Shown: positions 53,736-64,000 of the stretch, one piece after another
Position numbering within the stretch: the stretch's first letter is position 1
How the letters are laid out: each line of letters starts with the position of its first letter
NCBI GenBank assembly: GCA_038496445.1
Contig: JALMLS010000466.1
Location: forward strand, 1-64,000
Origin: Trichosphaerium sp. ATCC 40318
Lineage: Eukaryota; Protista; Tubulinea
Length of the DNA: 64,000 bases
Direction of reading: 5' to 3'
Notes under the pieces: generated by a model
Told to the model about the DNA's origin: nothing
What the model saw: only the letters and a program-made list of their open reading frames with translations
The model's database searches: none
Translations under genes and position numbers: made by a program

Positions 53736-55187
53736 ATGGAAAAGCACGTCATACTAGTATTCTCTATTCTTGTATTCTTGCTTGGTATCATTTATGGTAC
53801 AAAATCTGCTCCAAAAGATGGCACAACGCTTGTTACTATAGAATTAGTCAAGTTTATCGCTTGTGTAGCGTTATTTGTATACAAAGGGTACGAAAATAAG
53901 TAAAACATCTAATTAGGCGCTAATGTTTCCTATAATAGCTCGAGCTGGACAGACATTGTAAGGTAAGAAATTGAAACAATATCATCTGCGTTTTCTGTAC
54001 CATTTATGAACAAAATACGCCTGGAAGCCTGCTCATTATTATTATATCCCTTGGAGCAATGAATATTGTCAACGTGGCACCATCGTAAAAAATTGTAAAC
54101 CACGTTGTCGTATACAGCCCATTACGCTCCTTGGGCTCCAAATGCATCAATTTCGCACTTTTTCTTACTGTTAGCTAGGTACCGTAACACTGGCATCTAT
54201 TATGCGCTACCAGCATTTATTTTCACGGCATTGGAACAACTACTCCTTCACGCGCCTGCACGCACATTTGCTCCATTCCGTATGCTGTGCACTGGTGTCC
54301 TATACCAATATTTCTTCTCTGACAGTCTATCAACATACAAGTGGGCATCAATAGCCCTCATGACAGCAGTACGCCTTTTTTGAAAAAAAAAACGAACGAA
54401 ATGAACCAATTATTTTTTAAACCGTTGTTTGCCGTACTACCATGCGTAGAGCGCCTGATTTTGACGTCTTTTGTAATTTTTTCCAACTGCTTATTCGTTA
54501 ACACGTTTTTTTCTTCAAAAGGGAGGTCTTTTCTTCCAATGGAGCTCTATACCAATGGCGTGGGTTGTGCTTATTGTTGTATGCGTTGAAATGTTCTGTG
54601 GAGCTCTAGGAACTGTATTCACAGAGTATTTGATGAAACAAGACAGAAATCAACCAATCTACCTCCAAGCCATGTATCTCTACTTTTTTTCGTCCATTTT
54701 CACGTATGTCCTTGGTTTCTTCCGTGGAGAGCAATTGGAAGTCAGCTTAATATTTTCAGGGTACGCGCAACGCATCTAAGAGTCTCTAGAGCTCAAAGAA
54801 AGACGAAAACAGTTGTTCTTTTCTTTTTTTTTTCTTGTTGTTCAAAAAAAATTGTGAATTCCGAGATTCTGACCTTTTTTGTTCAGGAACGCAGTATACA
54901 TTGCTATAATCAATGCCATAGCAGGTCTTACACTTATTTTCCTTATAAAGACAGCAGGTTCAGTAGAGCGTGATTTCGCCTTTAATTTCGGACTACTTGT
55001 TGCAGTAATTATTGGCTTGTTCGCAGGCACTGCTGCCTCTTTCTCTTTCTCTGCTATTGTTTTCACTGTTATAGCTGCTATATCAATATATCTTTGGAAT
55101 AAGGTTGATGAGCCAGTAAACGTAGAATCAACGCTTGATTATGGCGCAGCTGATACTAGAAGCAGGAACACTAATGTTGAAGTTTAA
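53736..55187 (+). CDS. Nucleotide-sugar transporter (SLC35A-like)
   Basis: ELVKFIAC, YYALPAFIF, KWASIALM, VFTEYLMK and QAMYLYFFS; multi-TM. Confidence 0.75.
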
Positions 55188-55524
55188 TCTTGAAAAGGAA
55201 GCATGGCCTTTCACAAAAAAACAAAAAAAACCGCGCTTCCTTTGGCGCCATTAAAGAAATGTTTGTAAACAACGTATTACATTAGCTGTTCGTTTGAGTA
55301 TTACACATGAGAGACTTTCCTAAATACTACCACCCCACGTGGGTTTGTTTAATTAAGGATGTTATATAGCCGTAAAATAGGGTAAGCAAGGAGTGCCGAC
55401 TATCTCCGTAATCATCCACTTTGTGTTAACCCTTGTTTTTCAAAAAGTACAAAAAGTCACAAAATTTTCTTTCTATTTCTTACGGAACAACTACTCCTGC
55501 TCCATTCATAGTATATTAAGAAAA

Positions 55525-56938
55525 ATGAAGAGATTACTACTCTCTATTGCTCTTATTGCTTTCGTATATGGTTTAAGCGTTAACTTGGTTTTCACGAACC
55601 CTCTTGGCGTTCTTGCCGAAAATGAAGCATACCAAGGTTGGCTTGACGTAGGTTCTAATGTTACTACTGGCCAGTTAAATTACACAGCCGACACACCAAT
55701 GGAAATAACAATTGATATTGGTTTGAGTGTAAATATGATACCAGATAACACACCGTTCTTGTATGTATCTCAAAAGAAGAAAAAAAAACACCTCCCCAAA
55801 CCATCCAATCATCATATTATTTTCGCGAATTAACCTTTTGTTATTTCTTATTTACCTACTAGTATTACAATCGAGGCTAAAGATCCTGTTGCGATGTCGC
55901 CAGGTCCTACAAGAATAGTTTCAGGCGTATTTAATAATCAAATGGCAACGCTATCTGCTGATAGTATATGGGGTACCTCCGGCGAGATAACACAAATTAA
56001 TTTGGTTTTTGTGATATTTTTTTCTTCCGGACTTTAGATTTCTTACCGTTTTGAGCGTTCCCTTTTTGTAAAGAATCGAATTCTTATGATCATCTCAGGT
56101 GCCAATCCTTTCGCCAATACAGCTGGTAGTTTCTTCCTTGCTACGCCTACATCAGCCAATGATACAGACGAGTGTAATGGTATATGGTTCTTTGATGGAG
56201 AAAATGGAAATCCATCGTTAGTATTACCACAACCGCCAGCAGGATGGGTTTACGAGGGTTGGGTAGTAGATATGAGTGATCCACAGAACCCAATGCCAAT
56301 GTCTACGGGCACCTTTACATCCGCATCTGGACCTGATTCTGATGGCGCTGGACCATACGCTGGCTCAGATAACCCTGCACCTATGTTTCCGGGACAAGAC
56401 TACGTAGTGATAATGCCTAAAAAGTACGCCAATAATTATGAAAAAAAAAATCGTAATTTGGAAATAAAAAAAATTAATCACGTGACCCCTTTTGATTAAA
56501 AAACTTTTACTTACCCTTTTCGTTCCAGTTTGTGCAATAACTATACCGCTGTTATATCTATCGAACCTAATCCAGACAGAAACCCTGATATTCCATTCTT
56601 CTTGAAACCGTTAGCTGCAGCGATAAGTAAGCGAGCACTTTATTTTCACAGTAGTTTTAATAAAATTACCTTATTGCTTATCAAACGTTGTAGTGCCTAT
56701 CACTGGAACTGGAAACCCTCAAAATATGGCAGCGTCCAAAGATATTCTACCAATTATCCAAGTTGTCGTACCAGACAGTCCAACTTCTGGTGGACCCATA
56801 ACGACTCCGCCTACTCAAATGATGATTACAAATGTGCCTACAGTAGCGCCTACAACGAAGGCCCCTCCAAGTGGATCCCTTAGTAATACTATTGTTAGCA
56901 TTTCACTTTTATTGTGTTCCCTCTTAGTTCTCATGTAG
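55525..56938 (+). CDS. Predicted GPI-anchored surface protein with a bacterial-type (RskA-annotated lipoprotein-like) core
   Basis: Signal peptide; duplicated Y[EQ]GW motif; FFLATPT...GIWF, MSTGTF, PMFPGQDY and VISIEP..D..PFFLKPL; P/T stalk; hydrophobic C-terminus. Confidence 0.75.
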
Positions 56939-57236
56939 AAACATACGTGTCAAAACTAAACAGTTTTTATCAAATGAAATAAATTCGAAAGTTTTTTTTT
57001 ATTGCTTCAAGAACGAATAATTTGTACCTTCCAGTACTGTCACTGTGGACACCTTATAGGCCCCTTATAGATCCCCCTATGTACTACATATTAGTGACGT
57101 AGTTGTGGCACATGAGGTAGTAGGTAACGCTTTTGGGAACGACTTATTTGATGCAGTCAACACGAGTAAAGATTGCTTGGTATTTTGAAGTTTTTGTTGA
57201 AGACCAAAATGGCGTGCGCCTCAAAATAGGCTTCAA

Positions 57237-60200
57237 ATGAGTTCGAGTGAGGCTAAAATAAACGCCAAAGGTGATAAAACACCTGATGAGACAGTCGAAG
57301 GCGCTGAAAACGGTGAAACGACACCACCAGACAAAATCAGCAAAGAAAATGGCGCAACCGATAACTCTGAGACTAACGATACAGGATCTGACACCAATAG
57401 CGTTAGCAGTGACGCAGGCAGTGATTCTGACGATAGCGACACTGTAAGGGGCTATTATGGCAAATCTGAGTATGAGAGGGAGTGGGAACGCTTGGATGGG
57501 CGTATGAGATCACGTAGGCGTCAGTACAATTATGTATAATTTGACGTTGTTGTAGTAGATGGGGAGGCTTTGAAATCAATTAAACGGGCTCTTGAGCTTA
57601 TGCAAGAGGTCGTTGATGGTAAGGCAAAGGAAGAACACAAAAAACACTTTACTAAAAGCGCGTTATTGTCGTTTCTCACATCTATTATACAAAAAAGGCA
57701 CGCAAATATTTGGTAAAAAACAAAAAGAAAAAAATAGTGTCGTTAACGCAAAGAATAATTAGGGATTTATCATCAGAAACGCGTGGAATGGCCAATAAGT
57801 TCATACAAAACAGTATTTTATTCATTTTGGATAACTTACATAACCCTCTTCTTACATACCTCCTACACGTTCTAAATCGTGCATTTGTTTATCGTCATCG
57901 CTATTATCGCCCTGACAGAGATAAATTTCCAGAAAGCTTAAAAAAGCATTATCTCTTGTCAGAAGAGAGTACATTTGCTAAAATGCCGGTACGTTTAATG
58001 ACAATACAACAGAAAAAACACAAAGGAAAGAAATCTCTCTTTTTTGTGAAACCTGAACCAAAATTAATGTTTCGGTTAACAGCTTTTTATAAAACCAAGA
58101 CAAAACGTAAAAAAAAAAACGTTAACGCTTTGTATTGTCAAAACCAATTTTAATATTTTTATTTTTTTTTTTGTTTCGCTGAAACCAGGGCCCTGTTGCG
58201 ACAAACAAAATTTTATTTTATTTCTACTACCGATAACTACGTGATATGAGGTTCCTCATGTCGCGAATAATTTTTTGATGAACGTGATAGGCCGTCATGA
58301 AGGTTTTTTTGGTTTTTTTTTTCTGTCGCAGCTCTTGCTTTTTCTCATTTTTTTTTCGTTGTAGAGGAGTGAGCATGAGACGTCTCCATTGTATTTAATT
58401 AATATAAATTTCTTTGGTATGAATGGTGGGTTTGATAAGCTTGTTGAAAGGATGGGAGATAAAGAAACGAGTTTATTTACACTTAAATTATTAATGCGAC
58501 CTTTGTCAACAGTACGCTTGTCATCTTTTCAAACCACCACAGTTTGCTAATACTGTTCAGATGAAAGATTACCTACATCCAAGGTTTGCAAAGGAGTACA
58601 TCATACACGTAAAAACAGCCGTATTTTCACGCTTGATGTTCTTTGCAGATCAAGCAATGAAAGTAAGTGTGACGTGAACAAACATTATTAAAACCATATT
58701 TTCAGGGCGAGCAAAAGAGCTACTTTGCTGATGTTGGTCGAGGTCTAAGGCTTCTATTGGCTGCTACATGTAGTGAAGAAGAAGTAGCAGAACATATAGA
58801 GCAGTTTAATTTGGATGTTGCATTACAATCTTTCCGAACTGATAGCCTTGAAAAGCGCTTGCGTGGTATGATTTCGCTTGAAATTATGCTTTGAACAGTT
58901 CTTATGATTTCTAGGACTCAAATACATACGCAAGACTGTTAACAAGGCTAAGAAGCCTGAAGATAGACGATTTCAAGCTGTTAGCAATTTTTTCCGTGGA
59001 CGTGACCCACGTGAAGAGCAAGAACTTGGATTATCACCAAAGTAAGTAGTTTTAATTTTTTTTTCGCTTAGGCGTTTAGCTTTCTTTGATTAAAGAGTGT
59101 TTTAGGTTTCTATTGAGTTGGTTCGAAGATAATAAAATAATACCAGATTTTTTCCAATTCGCACAATCGCATGTGGAGGTTTTACGTCAAGGGTTGGATA
59201 TTCTTATTTTTTTTGCACAACAAAGCAAGTTGACTAAAAAACATTTGGATTTGATTTGGGACCAATCTATTGGTACGTACTTTATGTGATGTGATTTTGT
59301 TTTGTAGTGTTGATGTGTTATTTAGGAAACCATGAACATGATAAAGAAATTATTTATAGCTGTGTATCTGAAGTGTCAAAACATCTGAGTTTGGATTTAA
59401 TTGATTATTTGTTTGAAAAAATATATGCTACGCCTATAACAGAGTTTGATGATAAAGTTCTTGAGCTTCTTCATAGTTATACAAATATTACTGTCAATGC
59501 CAACGTACGAATATTGGAATTAATTAATTTAAATACGAAAGAAAAAAAGAACGTTTTTTCTAACACGTGATTCTAGTCCACGAAAAAGTATCTTGGTCTC
59601 GAACTTTTCTGGCAGATGATTCAGAATGACAGCAAGATTAAGGAGAAATTACAGCGACAAGCATATGATAATATAGCTAAGCTACTTGCTACAGAAGAAT
59701 GTGCACCACAACGGTAAAAAACGAGAAGATTTTTGGTGTAAACGTTTTTTCTGACGTGTTTTTTAGTGGTAAATATTTAGACCTTTGTATGCAAAATCTT
59801 GCATCTCAAAAGAGTGTTCCTCAAGCTCTTGCACTTGCCAGAGATATTATTGGAGCTCATCAAAAAAGGAGAAAGCGTAGTACTGTAATAGAAGGCATAC
59901 AGAGTAAATATAAGGTCCTACAAATATTCTTCAAAGACTTGAAGACATTCAAGTCTAAAGCAATCAAAATCGCTGCAAAAGATAAAAAGGTTAGTACCAG
60001 TAGTCCAAATGTCATTTGGAATTTTCGTTCTTTTTTAGATTTTATATACCTTCTTCTCACGTGTTATGTTTAGGTTAATGATAAAGTGATTGGAAAGAGT
60101 ATATTCAAGTATATAGAGAACCTTAAGATAAGAGTTGAATTTTTACACTTTATCCTCTCCAACTCGCCTTTAATGCTACAGATTGACCAGGTATGGTTTT

Positions 60201-63200
60201 TTATTTGATTCAGGCTTGTACAGTTTTTATTGATGGGATTGTAGATTAATAGTTTATGGGATGAGCTAATCACTAATGCGCTTTCTCCTGAAGAACGTGA
60301 GATAACTTTTGGGTTTTTACAAGCAGTTGAAACTGCAGGGAAAGATGGTTATTCTGCGTTTCCTGAAAGCACTGTACACCATATTTTTTCACACAAGATG
60401 CTTAATATGGATGCCTCTAAACTTACAATGGACGGGTATCAATTATTTTACAGGTACAGAAAAAAATAACTTTTACACTTTTCTGTGAATTAAAAACTTT
60501 TGTTACAGGTATTTCCGGTACATTAATGAAAAGTCTGGTAAGATTAAAGTACTGGAAGATAAGCAAGCAAAGATTTGTGAGTATTACGCTTGCACATCTG
60601 ATTTAATAGGTAACGACTTTACAAGTGGTTAAACAACAAATTCTTAACTGGAATAGGGCTTAAGTTTTACTGGCAAGTTGTCACTGAGGCTCAAAATAAG
60701 ATTGCTACCGTTGCTATTAAACAATTGAATGACTTACATAAATATGTACGTAATATTTACACCATTTTGACATAACTTATGCACACATTAATATTGATAA
60801 TCATGTCTGACCACGTTGATTAGGTTGATCATATTGGGTCAAAGTCTAAAGCGCTTAAAATAAAAGATGATTATATTAAGTATGCTGTTGCGAATGTGTC
60901 AGGTGCTGGAGCAAGTAATCAGCATATTTTAAGAGCCATAAAGCTCTTGAGAGTACGACAACTTTTATCTCTTCATTTTTTTTCAAGCGTGAAGTATTCT
61001 ATTAACATCAGCTTAATTTAATTTCTTGGTTGTGACATACTTTCAGTCGTTTTAAAAAAATCAGCTTCTGTTGATGTCAAAAAATGTCACGTGTTTTTTG
61101 TTTTGTTCTTGTTTTTGTTTACTCAAGTATGTTTTAGACTTACGTTGTCGACTATGAAAAAAGAGAGCATCCAAAGAAGGTTAAACAGAAGAAACCTATA
61201 CCAAAAACTCAAATGCGTATTGTTTTAAAATCTCCTGGTAAAGATAACCGTGCTATGCCTGTATTTACCACAACACTTGTACAACACGTTAGGTAACATC
61301 TTATTTGTTTTCTTTTTACTAACACAAACAAAAAGAGCCCAATCCAAGAGATATTTTCGATTTTCTAAGACAGATACAATACGTGTTTATCACGGTAGCA
61401 AAGAGTTACGTGATGGTACCAAGACGATGTATGAATGTGGTGTTAAAGAAGGATCTACTTTAACAGTGAAGAAAGAAGAACTTGAGATAGAGGTGGGTCT
61501 TTGAACTACAATGTTGGTGCGGTTGTTAATGTTTTTTTTTAGGATCCAGCTGCCTTTTTATTGCTTTCGAATGCCTTCCGTATGTTACTTGGTGGTGTGG
61601 GTATAGGCGAAGAATCTTATAGAAGGGCCGTCAGCAAAGCTGAGGATTACTGTGCAAAGAAAGGATCTAGGATGGGTCTATTGAGGCCTTTGACAAGTTT
61701 CAGACAACGTAAGGATGAAGAAAAACAAGAGGTATGAAACTTGTAAAGGTTGATATGTTAACGATTGTGTAGGCTAAGAAAGAGGATCCTCATAGTCCTA
61801 AAAGGCTACTGTGTAGTGAGACTTACTTTTCTACATTATACAAGCAGCTAGAACACGAGGATGAAGTTGTTTGTTGTAACGTACGTTTTTTTTTGAAGTT
61901 GCCATCTTGTTGATGTTAAGTGTTATGGCTTAAGGTCTGGGATCTTCTTAAGATTATTCCTTTGAATGCAAATGTTGTCAATAGCATTAAGGGTATTGGC
62001 AAGGCTGCTTCTGTTAACTGGAATACAATAATGGATGATAAACATTTGTTTAAACTTATCTACAACATGCAGATTATGCAGGTAAGTATCTCTTTAGTCC
62101 TTATTTGAATTCTCGGATTTCTCCATTCAAAGCATGTCTATTTATTTGTTTCATTAGGGTCTCATAAATGCTGATGCTGAACAAGAGAAACAAAGCAAGA
62201 AGAAGGAAGAAGAGGCCAAAAAAGCCGAAAAGGAAGGAAAAAGTGATAAACCTGCCACTAAAGTGACTCCACGAGAACTTTGGGTTCCTTCCTTTATTGA
62301 ACTTGGAGGTGTCCATAAACTAGTTGAAATACTAATGGATATGTCTTGTGACTCTCCTGCATGTACTACGGCTGCAAGGTTCATACTAGAGATAGCAAAT
62401 AAGCTTGCTCTAAAGAACGACAAGAACAAAACATTTTCGTTGAAAAAGAAGATGCCACCATTAACATCAAACATTGCAAAGCTCGTAACAAAGTTGATGG
62501 AATTTTTAATAAGTACTTCAAGTACAAGTCAGACTCTTCTTCACTTGTTAAAGAAGGACTGAAACTTTTGGCTCCTTGTGTATTATCAAGTGATGATGTT
62601 CTTGGTAAATTTCTTGAATGTGACTTAAAACGATGGATTGTTGGTGTTTCTCTTGATTGTGAAAATGAGGCTATACGATATGAAGCCTCAAAAGGTATTA
62701 TTAATCTAATAGTACAAATCAACAACAGGTAAGTTACCATCCTTAATGTTCAGTGAAAAAACAAAGCAAAATCTTATGTTCTTTTCTTGACATGCGGTTG
62801 TTCTGACACTTTTTCTTTTTTTAGCGGGCTAGCAAGTGGAAAAACTGTTATAAACAGATTCTTTGGCGTGTTTCATTCGCTGTTTATCCAGATTGACGAA
62901 TACAAAGATAGATGTGATAGATACTTTGATATTTTTGCTAGCATTCTTCAACTGTATGATGGAGAGTTACTTCCTGGACTTATGGAGCAAACCTCAAAAG
63001 CTATAGTAAAGCATCCAGTCAGAGAGGTAAGACTAGAGTATTTGTGCCAAACGTACTAACAGACGTCGTTAGATGCACGGGTCAACACCAGAAGACCAAG
63101 TTCTTATCGGTTACCTTAAGATTGTATCAGAGATTCTGTCAAAGGATGTTGCATATAAGAAAGAGCATCAAGACTTACTTTCGGAAGTACTTACGAATTG

Positions 63201-64000
63201 TATGTTTGTTATACCGTCTTCTGATCAAGGTCATAATGCTCCACCAAAATGCAAGTGCAAAGCAACACGAAAGGAGGGATACAAGGTGCGTACATCTTTT
63301 TTTTCTTTCCTTTTCTTTTCGCGCTGTTAACTTTTTAACGTAGATCCTTACTGAGTTTGCACGTGATAACCCACCTGCATTACGGTTTATTGTATCTATG
63401 CTGAACAATCAATTGAAAGAACTTGAGGCCAATGATGTAAGAGAGTACTCGTACAATCCATCAACCCATGAAAAAGCACTTAATGGTACGTATCAATAGC
63501 GCTTTATTTGCTTTATATTTAGTTTGTTTTACTGATTTTACATCGTGAAGGTTATGTTGGACTACAGAATCAAGGAGCCACGTGCTACATGAACTCATTG
63601 ATGCAACAACTCTACCTAATCCCTGAATTCCGTCAGACTATTCTCTTAACGAATAAAGATACAAAGAATAAATCAGAGAGCTTATTACATCAGTTACAGA
63701 GGATGTTTGCATACTTACAAGAGTCACAAAGAAGTTACTTTGACACTACAGACTTTTGTGGTACTTACAAGGTAATTATCAAGTTCGTTTTGTGTGACTT
63801 TGTGCTGACATTAGTTTCTTTTGTAGGACAGTGAAGGAAATGCTGTGAATACTTCACAACAAATGGATGCTGATGAGTTTTTTAATATGTTATTGGATCG
63901 CCTTGAAGGCGAACTTAAAGGTACTGGAAACGAGAGCATCTTACGTGAGGTATTTGGTGGTACCGTCGTACATCAGATCATACCAAAGGTACGTAACTAA
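57237..64000 (+). CDS. Large ubiquitin-specific protease (USP9X/USP24/USP34-like), 5' part; frame break near 62400-62560
   Basis: Long helical N-terminus (LEKRLRGL, LDLIW), UBL-like segment, Cys box GYVGLQNQGATCYMNSLMQQL and QQMDADEF. About 27 introns; runs off the right edge. Confidence 0.9.

Noticed and set aside
57052-57081. Short CCTTATAG-like direct repeats upstream of the USP gene
   Set aside because: Three degenerate 8-10 nt units without spacers; not CRISPR-like and no supportable function.
36260-62560. Nuclear insertional RNA editing to explain several one-base frame breaks
   Set aside because: Only two intact genes are affected, and both breaks can be placed in homopolymers, so assembly deletion errors are more parsimonious. 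They are kept only as read-level checks.
1-64000. Short ORF-track entries with TTG/GTG starts as independent genes; tRNA, rRNA, CRISPR or transposase
   Set aside because: They are exon fragments or antisense shadows of spliced genes. No structural RNA or mobile-element signatures were recognised.

Overview
Gene-dense, AT-rich eukaryotic nuclear DNA from an intron-rich protist. The gene repertoire looks amoebozoan-like, but that assignment is inference. The ORF track is fragmented because about 28 genes are split by roughly 190 short spliceosomal introns (mostly 35-100 nt, dominant donor GTACGT; by-eye count). Manual splicing gives, in order: TRRAP/Tra1 (5' part), PET117, a PhyH-fold protein lacking both iron-binding His, a CUE protein, an F-box/NHL protein, an M6PR/ATG27-like receptor, EME1, U1-70K, a mitochondrial-type protein carrying a U12 (minor) intron, a ubiquitin-like protein lacking GG, SMYD, SPRY, Pif1, a DUSP, eIF2alpha, Cdc34/UBE2R, a Ras pseudogene, a SAM/twinfilin-like protein, a bacterial-type ADP-ribosylhydrolase tandemly duplicated with a GPR1/FUN34/SatP channel, two PA-domain multi-TM receptor-like paralogues, an SLC4/BOR1 transporter, an SLC35 transporter, a bacterial-like GPI surface protein and a USP9X/24/34-like DUB (5' part). 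The main unexplained signals are: (i) a strong window-wide excess of CACGTG in introns and promoters, often beside branch points and poly(dA:dT) tracts; (ii) several GC-AG introns of GCAC type, including a GT/GC difference between young paralogues; (iii) a clear U12 intron; (iv) horizontal-transfer candidates that have acquired introns; and (v) two one-base frame breaks in otherwise intact genes. No tRNA, rRNA, CRISPR array or transposon ORF could be supported.
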